Positions 45,791 to 56,126 of a stretch of DNA of 64,000 bases are shown here, piece after piece. Source of the DNA: Candidatus Fermentibacterota bacterium (GTDB lineage Bacteria > Fermentibacterota > Fermentibacteria > Fermentibacterales > JCC-6); assembly GCA_963845085.1 (NCBI GenBank), contig CAWJQI010000001.1, positions 160,001 through 224,000 on the forward strand. Reading direction: 5' to 3'. The notes under the pieces are model-generated. The model was not told the origin of the DNA, made no database searches, and saw nothing but the letters and a program-made list of their open reading frames with translations. Every line of letters starts with the position of its first letter. Position 1 is the first letter of the stretch. A program made the position numbers and the translations under genes.

Positions 45791-46786
45791 TCATTCTTCG
45801 GGCAATGTCAAGGCGGCTATAAAGGGAGCCAGGGCCGCCACCCCATCCCAGCTTCTCTTCAGTCTGAGGTCGGTTTCCGAGAAGGCTTCGGCAACAGGAC
45901 CGAGCGCCCGTGCCCTCCAGAACCGGGAGGCCTCGATCACCCATTTCGCCCTGTAGGGGCTGATGCCAAGCGCCGCGGCAAGCGCTGATTCGCTTTTCCC
46001 GCGGTTCACAAGACATGCGGCGGAGGCCGCAAGCACCCACTGCGAGTGAATCAGCGCCAGAAGCCGGATCGGCTCCTCGCCCGACGCAAGGAGCAACGAC
46101 AGTTTGGCGAGGGCCTGGGCGCGCTGACCTGTCACCGCGTCCTGGGACATGTCAAGCGCCGTACACTCTGGAATCCCCCCCGAAAGGGCGAGCACCATTT
46201 CGGAGTTGACCGGCTTTCCGGGCCCGTAACGCACAGAGATGCGTTCCATGAGCCCCCAGAGGTTGAACAGCCTGCCATAGGCAAGCGCTTCGACCAATTC
46301 GCCGGCCTGCCTGTCGAGCCTGATGCCGAGCTCGCCCGAAAGCCTTTTTGTCCAGGGCCACATCCTTCCAGCGAAGGGTTCCCAGGAGGCATATACCACG
46401 GAAAGGGCGCCGAGCTTTTTCAGGAAAGCCGTATTGAGGGTTGTTCTTTCTGTCTGGAAAAGGAAGATGTGGTCGGAAGCGGGGATGGAAACCGCATCGA
46501 GGAGCTCGCCCTGGACCTTGACCGGGATGCTTTCAACGTTGCGGACAATGATCAGCCTGCCGCTGCTGAAAAGGGAACCTTCGCTGGCAAGCCTCCGAAT
46601 GTCGCCGGGAGCCGCCTCGTCACCCGGGACCCTGGCCAATTCCAGCCCCCGTGCCCGCGCGGCCGCCTCGATCGCACTCTCCAGCCTCATTATCTGATAC
46701 GGCTCTTCGCCGGTCAGGAGAAACACCCCTCCCGGGGTCGCCCCGACAGCCAGTTCGAGAGCCCTGTCAAATTCCTTGACCAGCAT
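45791..46786 (-). CDS. holA: DNA polymerase III delta subunit
   Basis: FLLTGEEPYQI; SLFSSGRLIIVR; GEEPIRLLAL; D..LK near the end; 331 aa. Confidence 0.82.
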   Translation of the reverse strand: MLVKEFDRALELAVGATPGGVFLLTGEEPYQIMRLESAIEAAARARGLELARVPGDEAAPGDIRRLASEGSLFSSGRLIIVRNVESIPVKVQGELLDAVSIPASDHIFLFQTERTTLNTAFLKKLGALSVVYASWEPFAGRMWPWTKRLSGELGIRLDRQAGELVEALAYGRLFNLWGLMERISVRYGPGKPVNSEMVLALSGGIPECTALDMSQDAVTGQRAQALAKLSLLLASGEEPIRLLALIHSQWVLAASAACLVNRGKSESALAAALGISPYRAKWVIEASRFWRARALGPVAEAFSETDLRLKRSWDGVAALAPFIAALTLPEE

Positions 46787-46871
46787 GCCAAATCCTTCAG
46801 GGCTTTACGGAAGACCCTGTTCAGGTGTATTTTCCCGCCCAGTTACGCACACACATCGAAGGGTTGAAAAC

Positions 46872-48719
46872 ATGCTCTCCTGGTTCCGGGATAATGCGAA
46901 GATATTCCTTGTGATGGTCATTGTCATCTTTGTGGTGATGATTTTCGTGGACTGGGGCTCAGGCCGGAACAGGGCCGCGAACGCCGAAAGAATGGTGATC
47001 GGCTCCGTTAACGGCGAAGACGTCCCCCCGGGCGCGTACGACGCCGCGAGGAACGAGGTCTACACCTCCCTGAAGACCCAGATGGAGCAGACCGGCAACC
47101 CGGATCCGGAGAACGAGCTCATGCTCCTCTACAGCGACATCAACGATGCAGCCTTCGATCTCGTCGTTGAGAGGGCCATACAAAGGGAGTTTCTGGAAGG
47201 GCTGGGATGGAAGCCCCTGCATACCGGTCTTGCCGATCATCTCGTGAGGGCCCAGATCAGGCTTGCCGGCATCCCCGAACCCGACGAATACCTTGAGCAG
47301 TTCAGAAGCGATCCCAACTACAGCTCCGCTTCCTACCAGCTGCTGGTGCAGGCCGAACGGGGACGCTTCGATTCCGCAATGAACCTTTTCAGGATGAGTT
47401 CCCGTGCGGAAGCCGCCTTCATGGTGAACGACCTCTACAGCCAGGTCCAGGCCAGGTACATTCCCTTCAGGGCAACACCGCCACTCCCCGACAACGACCA
47501 GCTTGAGGCCTTCTACAACGAGAACCCGGAGCTTTTCGACCTTCCGCCCAGCGCCGGTCTCAGGTACGCAACAGTACTCATCCCGCCCACTCCTGAAGAC
47601 GAGGGTTTCTCGATGAACCTTGTCGACTCCCTTGCCATGGCCGGCGGCGGCACACCCGACACCATCAGCCTGACGAGGCGCCAGATGCTCGAAAGCCTCG
47701 AATGGGACATGGAACTGGAACCCGGGCTCCTTTCAGCCCCCTTCATCGGCCGTTCCCTCGCGAACCCGCAGAGCGGCATCTCCGCATGCCACTCCGTCGA
47801 ACTTCTCGAGGTGCATCCCGCCGCTGATACATCGGGCCTTGAAGACACGCTGCTTATCGTTCACTGGGAGATCCCGGCCTACCCGAGCCGTGAGACGATA
47901 AGGGAAACGCTGTGGCGCATGCAGGACCTTGGCGCCGCCATCCTCGAAACGTCGAACCCCTTCGTCGCGGAAGACCTTCCCATTATCGACTGGGGCGAGA
48001 TGCAGGTCACAGCCGACAGCCCCCTCTCGAACAACCTCAGCAAGGCGATGATCGCCTTTGCCCTCGATTCGGTCTGGACCGATTCGATCGGCCCGGTGTT
48101 CTACAATCCAAGCTACGACGGCAGTTATCCGGCGCTAACGGTTGTGAGAAGGCTCTCGCAAAACCCTGGCGGAAACCTCACTTTTGAAGAGGCCATGGAG
48201 AACGGCCAGCTTCTTGTCGAGGCCTATACGGGCATCCAGTCGCAGGAAGCCCTGACCCTCGCCGCCGAAGCCCTCTCCAGATGCCAGTCGACGGGTGAGG
48301 ATCTCGCCATGCTGGCCGAATCCGATACCCTTGAGCTCTACACGACGCAGCCGTTCTCGCCAATGTCGGTGCGCATGTGGTCAACATCCGAAGAGGCCGC
48401 CTACCGTGGCCTGCTTGGATGTGCCGAATTCGCCGACGCCGCAGCAATTGCCCCGGAGTTCACCATTGTTGGCCCGTTTGAATGCGCCGGTATTGCGTAT
48501 CTTGCCGAGATAACCGGTAGAACCACGCCCGACCTCAACACGGATCAGTCCCTGGTGGCTTCGATATACATTTCCCTCGAGCAGGCGCGCAGCCAGGAGT
48601 ACAACAGAACATTCCTCGGCTTCCTGCGGAACCTTGCCAGCATCGAGGACAGGCGCGACGAGTTCTTCGCGGCAGTCGACTCCCTCCGTGCGACCCAGGA
48701 GCAGGAGGAGGGTTACTGA
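46872..48719 (+). CDS. PpiD/SurA-like membrane-anchored periplasmic chaperone
   Basis: MLSWFR..TM..DWG; IGSVNGEDV; FYNENPELF. Confidence 0.78.
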   Translation: MLSWFRDNAKIFLVMVIVIFVVMIFVDWGSGRNRAANAERMVIGSVNGEDVPPGAYDAARNEVYTSLKTQMEQTGNPDPENELMLLYSDINDAAFDLVVERAIQREFLEGLGWKPLHTGLADHLVRAQIRLAGIPEPDEYLEQFRSDPNYSSASYQLLVQAERGRFDSAMNLFRMSSRAEAAFMVNDLYSQVQARYIPFRATPPLPDNDQLEAFYNENPELFDLPPSAGLRYATVLIPPTPEDEGFSMNLVDSLAMAGGGTPDTISLTRRQMLESLEWDMELEPGLLSAPFIGRSLANPQSGISACHSVELLEVHPAADTSGLEDTLLIVHWEIPAYPSRETIRETLWRMQDLGAAILETSNPFVAEDLPIIDWGEMQVTADSPLSNNLSKAMIAFALDSVWTDSIGPVFYNPSYDGSYPALTVVRRLSQNPGGNLTFEEAMENGQLLVEAYTGIQSQEALTLAAEALSRCQSTGEDLAMLAESDTLELYTTQPFSPMSVRMWSTSEEAAYRGLLGCAEFADAAAIAPEFTIVGPFECAGIAYLAEITGRTTPDLNTDQSLVASIYISLEQARSQEYNRTFLGFLRNLASIEDRRDEFFAAVDSLRATQEQEEGY

Positions 48720-49651
48720 TCCCGGCCGGCCCCGCTTCTTGAAAGCAGATGCAGGAAGTAAGGGCCGCCGAGCAGGGCGGTGATGATCCCGATCGGAAGC
48801 TCTCCGGGACTCACCGCCATTCTGCTCAAAATATCCGACCATACGAGCAGCACGGCCCCTCCGATCGCACTGAGGGGTACAAGCTTTCTGCAGTCCCCGC
48901 CGGAAAGTTTCCGGAGGATGTGCGGAACAACAAGACCCACGAAACCGACAGGGCCAACTGCGCCCACGGTTCCGCCGGCGAGAACGGCTGACGCCGCGAG
49001 CATGAGGCTCCGTTCCCTCCGGGTGTTCACACCCCTTGTCTCGGCAAGCTCCTCGCCTGCGAGCATCTGGTTGAGGGTGCCGGTGCGCATGAGCACGACA
49101 GCCATCCCGACAGCGGTGAAGGGCAGAAGAAAGAACACCCTGGAATAACCGGCGGCGGCCAGGTCCCCCATCATCCACCGCACTATCTCCATAAGCCTCG
49201 AGGCCGGGCTCAGGTACTCCATCAGAAGCAGCAGGGACGCCCCGAGGACGTTTACGGTGACCCCCGCCAGGATGAGCGTAGAACCGTCGCTGCGTCCCCT
49301 TCCCGCAAGCGAGGCGACGAGCAGGGTTGCCGCCAGCGCTCCGCCGGTTCCGGCCAGGCAGGCCCAGTAGCCGGAGATGCCGGCCCCGAACAGGATCACG
49401 GCACCCGCTGTAACGCCCGCCCCGGCGCTCACTCCGAGCGTGTAGGGGGTGGCGAGCACGTTTCTGAGAACGGCCTGAAGCACAGCGCCTGCCACGGCGA
49501 GAGAGGCGCCTGCAAGGATTGCCAGCGCCGTCCGGGAGAGCCGGAGCGACAGCACCACGCCCAACGGGGCAGATCGTCCCATCGGGCCGGTGACAGCCGA
49601 AACGATCACCCCCAGCGCCAGGAGGAAGAGGAGCCATCTCAGCACCTTCAT
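48713..49651 (-). CDS. FecCD/BtuC-family ABC permease
   Basis: LRNVLATPYTLGVSAGA; GPVGFVGLVVPH; ELPIGIITALLGGPYF. Confidence 0.92.
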   Translation of the reverse strand: MKVLRWLLFLLALGVIVSAVTGPMGRSAPLGVVLSLRLSRTALAILAGASLAVAGAVLQAVLRNVLATPYTLGVSAGAGVTAGAVILFGAGISGYWACLAGTGGALAATLLVASLAGRGRSDGSTLILAGVTVNVLGASLLLLMEYLSPASRLMEIVRWMMGDLAAAGYSRVFFLLPFTAVGMAVVLMRTGTLNQMLAGEELAETRGVNTRRERSLMLAASAVLAGGTVGAVGPVGFVGLVVPHILRKLSGGDCRKLVPLSAIGGAVLLVWSDILSRMAVSPGELPIGIITALLGGPYFLHLLSRSGAGRDQ

Positions 49652-50433
49652 TTTCTTCCGCCGGCCGTGACCACCCAGCCCCCAGTCGAGGCATCCTGTG
49701 TCACTGAAAGAGGGATCCCGAACACCCTGCTCATCAGGTCGGGCACGAACATCTCCTTCGGGCTTCCCATGCCGAGGCACCTGCCCCCGCTCAGCATCAG
49801 CGCGCCGTGCAGGTGCTCGCCCGCCATCCCCAGCCTGTGGGTCGACGCGAACACCGATACCCCGCTCCGTGCAAGCTTCCCGAGGATCTCCCACAGCATT
49901 ACGGTGTGCCTGTAATCAAGGCCGCTTCCCGGCTCGTCAAGAAGAAGGATCGCAGGCTTCTGGACGAGAACCGAAGCCAGAAACACCATGCGTTTCTCGC
50001 CGCCTGAGATAGCCGAAGCCTGCCTGTCCGCAAGATGGAGGATCTCGCACTGGTCCATTACTTCCGCGGACACCTGCCGGTCCCTTTCGGAATCGGTTGC
50101 CCAGGGCGACCTGAAGGGGTGCCTTCCGAGAAGCACCGTCTCCCTCACCGAGAGCCCCTGGGGCACCGGCGGATCCTGCGGAAGGTAACCGACAAGTGCC
50201 GCCCTTGCGGCACCCGTGATCTTTTCGAGGGGTTTCCCGTCAACAAGGACGGAACCGCTGTGCCAGAGCCACGGGAAACCCATGATGCCCTTGAGCAGAG
50301 TGCTCTTTCCGGCCCCGTTCGGACCGAGAAGACCCCATATCTCACCCGGGGCCATCGAGAACTCCACGTCGCTCACCGCCGGCTTCCTGCCGAGGTAGCC
50401 TGCGGAAAAACCTTTCAGCGAGAGCTCAGGCAG
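49648..50433 (-). CDS. FecE/BtuD-family ABC ATPase (possible CTG start at 50433, otherwise GTG at 50376)
   Basis: GPNGAGKST; ISGGE; LLLDEP. Confidence 0.9.
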   Translation of the reverse strand: MPELSLKGFSAGYLGRKPAVSDVEFSMAPGEIWGLLGPNGAGKSTLLKGIMGFPWLWHSGSVLVDGKPLEKITGAARAALVGYLPQDPPVPQGLSVRETVLLGRHPFRSPWATDSERDRQVSAEVMDQCEILHLADRQASAISGGEKRMVFLASVLVQKPAILLLDEPGSGLDYRHTVMLWEILGKLARSGVSVFASTHRLGMAGEHLHGALMLSGGRCLGMGSPKEMFVPDLMSRVFGIPLSVTQDASTGGWVVTAGGRK

Positions 50434-51242
50434 AACGACAACCTTTCCGTGATCTCCGGGAGCCTGGCCCCCGGGATCAGCATGAAATCATCTTCGAGCA
50501 GGAACACCCTGCCGGGGGGAAAACCCCTTTCCTCCCAGAAGTCCTTCTGCCTTTGAAGCAGGGCACCGGGGTCCGCTTCATCCGGGGCAAGGAAGATGAG
50601 GGCGTCGGGATCCAGGAGGAGTATGCCCTCAACCGAGACATCGGGGTAGGTGCCGGCAGCCGGAGCGGATATGGTGCATCCTATCCCCTCGAGCAGGTCT
50701 TCGTAGAAGGTTCCCCTTCCGGCAAGGGTGTATCTGCCGTCATCGCTGTTGTAGATCACGAGCGCCGCAGACCCGCCGTTCTCGACCCTGTTTTCGATGA
50801 AGGCCTGTGAAAGCTCTTCCCGGAACTGATCGAAGGAAGCTTCGGGGTACATGGCCTCGAGGCTCCCGCACGCAGCGTAAACATCGTCGAGCGTGTCAAA
50901 GCAGTACGAATGGTATGGTATTCCTGTGTTTCGGGCGAGCTCGGCCAGCCTTGGGCTGTTGCCCACGGAATGAAGGCTTGTTGCCGAAAGCGCCGCAACG
51001 GCCTCGGGCGAGGGGTCGAGGTAACCGCCCACGCGCGGCAGCGTGTCGGCGCCCGGAGGCCACTTCGTGAAATCATCCACAGCGGCAACCCTTTCCCACA
51101 GGCCACCGGCGTAGAAGAGCTCGACGAGCGACGGCCCGAACACCACAGCCCTGCCGTCCCCGCCAGGGACCGCTTTCTCAGGGGTGCAGCCGTGGCTGAG
51201 AATCAGGATACAGATGACTCCTGAGCTTCTCAAGAGCGTCAT
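50415..51242 (-). CDS. BtuF-like substrate-binding lipoprotein (cobalamin/iron)
   Basis: Lipobox SHGC; PSLVEL; PRVGGYLDP; AGRGTFYEDLL; VSVE; PGARL. Confidence 0.85.
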   Translation of the reverse strand: MTLLRSSGVICILILSHGCTPEKAVPGGDGRAVVFGPSLVELFYAGGLWERVAAVDDFTKWPPGADTLPRVGGYLDPSPEAVAALSATSLHSVGNSPRLAELARNTGIPYHSYCFDTLDDVYAACGSLEAMYPEASFDQFREELSQAFIENRVENGGSAALVIYNSDDGRYTLAGRGTFYEDLLEGIGCTISAPAAGTYPDVSVEGILLLDPDALIFLAPDEADPGALLQRQKDFWEERGFPPGRVFLLEDDFMLIPGARLPEITERLSFCLSSR

Positions 51243-52134
51243 GCTCGATCTGCCTCACTCTTTCCACGGAAACTCCCAGAATTTCCGAAACCCGTTTCAG
51301 TGTTTCCTTTTTATCGCCGAGAAGACCGAGCCTGAGAACCAGAACGGCCTTGCTTCTCTCCGGAAGCGTTTCCAGTGCCTCGGAGATCCTTCGAGCCTCG
51401 AATTCATCGGCCACCTCGACGTGCGGTTGACCAGGGGCGGCAGGGAATTCGTCGAACCCCCTCGCATCAAGGGATACGTACTGATGGTCGAGGAGAGACA
51501 GCGCGATGACCCAGTCCGGTTCGAGTTCCATGCACTGTCCCATCTCCTCGAGGGACGGCAGCCGCCCGTTCGAGGCCACGAATGAATCCAGCAGACCCCT
51601 GGCCTTTGCGCACTTTCGAATGGCGCTCCGGGGAATGCGGACCAGCTTGGACTGACGGCTGACCTCCTCGATGATGAACCGGCGGATCACATACACGGCG
51701 TACGTGCTGAACCCGGAATAGCCCTTCAGATCGTGTCTTCTGGCGGCCATGAGCAGGCCGCGACACCCCTCCTGCAGAATGTCCATGTCTTCAAGGGAGC
51801 CTATCCCGCCCTCGAAATACCGCCTTGCGACATGCAGGACCAGCCGAAGATGCCCCTCGACAAGCTCCGCCTCCATGTCGAGCAGCTCCTCGCGAAGCCG
51901 CCCTATCTCCCCGGCTTTGTCGGCGGGCGCCCTTGTCAGTTCGAGGCTGGCCCTTTCCTGCCACTCGCCTTCCCCGGTGCTATCCTGCCCGATAAGAACC
52001 TCGAGCGATCCCCGGCAGGCCCGCATGCGCTCGAGCAGTTCCTCCCAGTGCCCGACCTTCCTGCAACCGGCCCTGCTGACACAGCGTTCAAAGACGCCCA
52101 GGGCGTCGTCCTCCCGGCTATTCCTTCCCCGCAT
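51178..52134 (-). CDS. Divergent sigma-70-family factor in the rpoD position
   Basis: HLRLVLHVARRY; DILQEGCRGL; FSTYA; VRIP; ETLKRVS..VSVERVRQIE; GGAGG SD. Confidence 0.88.
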   Translation of the reverse strand: MRGRNSREDDALGVFERCVSRAGCRKVGHWEELLERMRACRGSLEVLIGQDSTGEGEWQERASLELTRAPADKAGEIGRLREELLDMEAELVEGHLRLVLHVARRYFEGGIGSLEDMDILQEGCRGLLMAARRHDLKGYSGFSTYAVYVIRRFIIEEVSRQSKLVRIPRSAIRKCAKARGLLDSFVASNGRLPSLEEMGQCMELEPDWVIALSLLDHQYVSLDARGFDEFPAAPGQPHVEVADEFEARRISEALETLPERSKAVLVLRLGLLGDKKETLKRVSEILGVSVERVRQIEHDALEKLRSHLYPDSQPRLHP

Positions 52135-53794
52135 GCCTCCGCCTGTCCAGTTCGCTTATCTCGACCGCGATCTCCCGAACCTCTTCAGGCGACGCGCCCG
52201 AAAGCTTCTGCTGCAGGCTGCGCTTCAGCGCTTTCAGCCTGTCGCCCTCGACCCTCTTTACTATCTTGTCCCGGTCGCCGGGTTTCATGCCTGTCATGGA
52301 GGAGGCCAGCCTCGAGCAGATGGATCCGTGTTCGGGGGAGAGCAGCCCGAAATTCACGGTCACGCACCCCTCATCCATCTGGGCTCTGAGGGCTTTGTAA
52401 AGAAGCCTTCCCTCCCCGGACCTGAAATCACCTTCCGAAAGCCATCTGAGCAGGCTTGCGTCGATGGCGCCGCCTCCGACCACGGCCGAGATGATGTCAC
52501 GGTCGCCCCTGTCGAGCTCACCCTGCACCACTGCGGACGGAAACCGCTTCTGCTCCCCGCTGAAACTCAGATGGCTTTCAAGCGAGCTTCTGGAGAAGCC
52601 GGTCGAACTCTCGACCTCAAGAAGAAGCTGCTCGCGGGCAAGGGGATCGGACGCCGTCGAAACTATCTCCATCAGCCTTTTTGCGGTCCTTACACCCGCA
52701 ACCCCCTTGGGGAAACCGCCTTCGAGGAGGCAGAGGCAGAAGCCGACCGGTCCTGGAGCGCGTTCAACAAGCTCCATGAACGAATCCATCCCCCTCGATG
52801 CAATGAAATCATCGGGATCCAGCCCGCCGGGAAGCCGCACGACCCGGGGGAAACCGCCGACGGAAAGCAGGGCCATCCCAGCCTTTACGGCGGCCTTCGT
52901 CCCGGCCTCATCTCCGTCGTAGCAGATGACGGTGTCTTCGGCCATGGTGCGAAGCGTCCGGGCCTGGATCTCGGTGAGGGCCGTTCCACAGGTCGCCACC
53001 ACGGACGGGAAGCCTGAGGCGAACACCCTTGCATGATCGAAGTACCCCTCGACAAGAATGACCATGCCGGTTTCCCGGGCGGCGGGAGCCGCGTCGGAGA
53101 AGCCGTAGAGAATGCTGCCCTTGTGGTATACCTCGGAATCGGGGCCGTTCAGGTACTTGGGTCCGGAATCACCCAGCGTTCTGCCGCCGAAGCTCACGAC
53201 CCTGCCGCGCCTGTCCCGAATGGGAAAGGTGAGCCGGTTCCTGAAGCGGTCGCGCCGGCTGTCTGTGCCGGGAAGAAGCAGACCGGACTGCTCGAGCTGG
53301 GAATCACTGTAGCCCATTCCGCGCATGTGCATTGACAACCCCTCGGGGGAGTATCCCACGCCGAGCGCCTGGGCCACACCCGCAAGACCCCTGCCCGCTA
53401 TGTATTCCCTTGCGGCTGCACCCTCGCGGGAGTTGAACCGGTCGACGAACCACTTCTGAGCCTCCCTGAGCGCATCGAACAGCCCGGTCTCGGGACCGCT
53501 CCACGACCCCTTCCGTTCAAGAGTGATGCCGCACTGGTCGGCGAGCTCTTCCAGGGATTCGCGGAATGACAGGTTGCCGTACCTCATAACAAAGGTGATC
53601 ACATCCCCGCCGGCGCCGCAGCCGAAGCAATGCCACGTGCCCGTCTGGGGGAACACATGAAAGCTCGGTGTTTTCTCGTTGTGAAACGGACAGAGCCCCC
53701 TGTGGGACGAACCTGCCTGCTTCAGGTCAACGTGCCTGCCGATGACGGAGAGGATGTCTGAAAGCTGCTTGACCCGCTCAACATCGTTCGACAC
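52118..53794 (-). CDS. dnaG: DNA primase
   Basis: CPFHNEKTPSF..CFGC; PKYLNGPD; VEGYFD; YDGDEAG; DPDD. Confidence 0.96.
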   Translation of the reverse strand: MSNDVERVKQLSDILSVIGRHVDLKQAGSSHRGLCPFHNEKTPSFHVFPQTGTWHCFGCGAGGDVITFVMRYGNLSFRESLEELADQCGITLERKGSWSGPETGLFDALREAQKWFVDRFNSREGAAAREYIAGRGLAGVAQALGVGYSPEGLSMHMRGMGYSDSQLEQSGLLLPGTDSRRDRFRNRLTFPIRDRRGRVVSFGGRTLGDSGPKYLNGPDSEVYHKGSILYGFSDAAPAARETGMVILVEGYFDHARVFASGFPSVVATCGTALTEIQARTLRTMAEDTVICYDGDEAGTKAAVKAGMALLSVGGFPRVVRLPGGLDPDDFIASRGMDSFMELVERAPGPVGFCLCLLEGGFPKGVAGVRTAKRLMEIVSTASDPLAREQLLLEVESSTGFSRSSLESHLSFSGEQKRFPSAVVQGELDRGDRDIISAVVGGGAIDASLLRWLSEGDFRSGEGRLLYKALRAQMDEGCVTVNFGLLSPEHGSICSRLASSMTGMKPGDRDKIVKRVEGDRLKALKRSLQQKLSGASPEEVREIAVEISELDRRRHAGKE

Positions 53795-56124
53795 TACGAA
53801 CCGTCCTTCAAAAGAACGATCGATGCGCCAGCCCCGCCCTCGACGGGGGATGCCTGTGTGACGGCTCTCACCCTGCGGTCACGCTTGAGCCACTGGGTGA
53901 CGCCGGCCATGAGTGCGCCCTTGCCGTGCACGACCCGAAGGCGGAAAAGGCCCGAGACCACTGCGCTGTCGATCCGCTGGTCGAGTTCGGCAACCGCCTC
54001 GTCAACCGTCCGCCCGAGAAGAAGCACCTCGTGGCCTCCCTGGATGGGCGCCCATTCGGAAAGCCGAACCGGTGCCTTCGGAGGGCCGCCATCCCTTCGG
54101 GAAAGGGATGTTACGGGCCGTGTGAGCAGAAAGCTGCCGGAACGAACCCTGGCCGAAGGGCCGTCGACACTTTCCACCATTCCCGGCTGATTCCAGCCCT
54201 CGATGTCCACCCAGTCACCCGGCGACAGCCCTTCGGCCGCCGCAGGCAAAGGTGCGGGAGTGCTTTGTTTCTCACGGGATGCCGATTTGCCTGCCTTCAC
54301 GACGAGGTCCCTGATCTTCCGGCGGGCCTCCTTCGATTCAGCGCGGTCGCCCCCCCCTTTTGCGATCAAAGCGAGGAGCGAGTCGGCCTGGGAGGAGATG
54401 TCGCGAAGTTTTCGCTCCTGCTCCTCCCTCATGTACTCCCCCAGTTCGGTGAACTCGGACAACGCCTTCTCGTGTTCGATCCGTCTTTGTAGGGCGGCCT
54501 CGGCTTCCCTGCGCCTCTCATCCCTGAGCAGCCCGGTCTCCCTGCTCCTGGCCTCGTTCATCTCGGTGAGCGCGGTCAGCAGGTTGTCCAGCCTGAAGGA
54601 GTCGCCGGCGAGCACCCGGGCCTGTTCGAGAACATCACCTGGAATCCCCGTGGCGCCGGCCACTTCAAGGGTGAACGATGCCCCGGGAACGCCGTGCACG
54701 TATGTGTATGAGGGCGTTAGTGTATCGCGGTTGAAGGCGAGCGAGCCGTTCAGGAAGCCAGGGGTTTCCGACGCCATCATCTTCAGCTGCCCCATGTGGG
54801 TGCTCACGAGAACCCTGGCGCCCCGTGATGCGAGCTTCGTGAGAACCGCGGCTGCGAGCGCCGCCCCGGTGGACGGATCGGTGCCGGCCGCCGGTTCGTC
54901 GATGATCGCAAGGGTCGCCCCGTCAGCCTCCACAAGCATCTCCCTCTGCTCGGAGAGGCGGGCGGAGTACGTGCTGAGCTGCTCGGCTATCGACTGGTTG
55001 TCGCCCATGCTGACCAATACCTTTTTGAAGAAAGGCATTGTCGATCCGGGTCCGACGCAGGCACCCAGTCCAGAACGGGACATTATCGAAGCAAGGGCTG
55101 CGGCCTTCATCAGAACGCTTTTTCCCCCCGCATTCGGCCCTGAGATGACAAGAACCTTCCAGGCATCGGGAAGGCAGAGATCACTTCTGACAACCCTGTC
55201 ACGGTCTATCAGCGGGTGTCTGAGACCCAGCAGTCTCATCGGACCCTCGGGCGGGAAAACCGTGTTCTCGCGTGCCTGGTACAGTGCGCGGGCGAAAACG
55301 GCATCAAGGGCAACCGCTGCGGCAAGCCCCCCGGAAAGGGCTTCCTTTTCCGCCCGGACCATCGCAGTTGCATCCCTCAGAATGCGCCGTCTCTCCCTCT
55401 GAAGCTCCATCTCGGCTTCCTGCAAGGCATTGCCCTGTTCGACAAGGGATGACGGCTCGATGAACAGGGTTGAGCCGCTCTCCGAACGGTCGTGGATGAT
55501 TCCGTTGACGGAACCCCTTTTGCCGGAAGCCACCGGCAGCACGAACCTGCCGTTCCGTATGGAGGGCGGTGCATCCCGGAGCACCCCCGACGATGAAAGC
55601 CTTCCGGCTATTTCCGCAACCCTCGATGAAAGCTCCCTGCGAAGGCGGTCAGCCTGCGCGCAAAGTTTTGAATACCTTGGTGATGCGTTGGGAGAAACCC
55701 CGCCTTCGGGTGTTGTTATGCGGTTCAGGTGGGTATACAGCGTTTCGAGGACGGGCAGCTGTTCAACATGGGACAGAAGCGGAACCACGGGGCTGTCGAC
55801 GGCAAGGGCATCGGTGCGGAACCTCCCGAAGGCTTCCGCGGAAAGCCCGGTTTCCCTGAGCTGATCTGGTTCAAGGTATATGGCGCCCCGTTCGATCAGG
55901 GAAAGGCTTTCAGTCAGTGCTTCAACATGAGCAACCGGCGGCAGGAGCCCCATGCCGGACAGCATCCCGGCGGACATGGTTTCCCGCTCCAGCTCGAGAG
56001 CCTCTTCCGGGGAATCAGCCGGATCGAGGGAAAGAACGGAGGTTCTTCCGGGTTCCGACAGGCACCCCCTGGCCACATCCCGGAGGATCCGGGCGAACTC
56101 GAGGGACTCGGGGGCGCCTTCCAT
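53794..56124 (-). CDS. mutS2: MutS2 (MutS ATPase, KOW, Smr domains)
   Basis: HDRSESGSTLFIEP; SGPNAGGKS; QSIAEQLSTYS; DEPAAGTDP; VVHGKG. Confidence 0.92.
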   Translation of the reverse strand: MEGAPESLEFARILRDVARGCLSEPGRTSVLSLDPADSPEEALELERETMSAGMLSGMGLLPPVAHVEALTESLSLIERGAIYLEPDQLRETGLSAEAFGRFRTDALAVDSPVVPLLSHVEQLPVLETLYTHLNRITTPEGGVSPNASPRYSKLCAQADRLRRELSSRVAEIAGRLSSSGVLRDAPPSIRNGRFVLPVASGKRGSVNGIIHDRSESGSTLFIEPSSLVEQGNALQEAEMELQRERRRILRDATAMVRAEKEALSGGLAAAVALDAVFARALYQARENTVFPPEGPMRLLGLRHPLIDRDRVVRSDLCLPDAWKVLVISGPNAGGKSVLMKAAALASIMSRSGLGACVGPGSTMPFFKKVLVSMGDNQSIAEQLSTYSARLSEQREMLVEADGATLAIIDEPAAGTDPSTGAALAAAVLTKLASRGARVLVSTHMGQLKMMASETPGFLNGSLAFNRDTLTPSYTYVHGVPGASFTLEVAGATGIPGDVLEQARVLAGDSFRLDNLLTALTEMNEARSRETGLLRDERRREAEAALQRRIEHEKALSEFTELGEYMREEQERKLRDISSQADSLLALIAKGGGDRAESKEARRKIRDLVVKAGKSASREKQSTPAPLPAAAEGLSPGDWVDIEGWNQPGMVESVDGPSARVRSGSFLLTRPVTSLSRRDGGPPKAPVRLSEWAPIQGGHEVLLLGRTVDEAVAELDQRIDSAVVSGLFRLRVVHGKGALMAGVTQWLKRDRRVRAVTQASPVEGGAGASIVLLKDGS

Positions 56125-56126
56125 TC

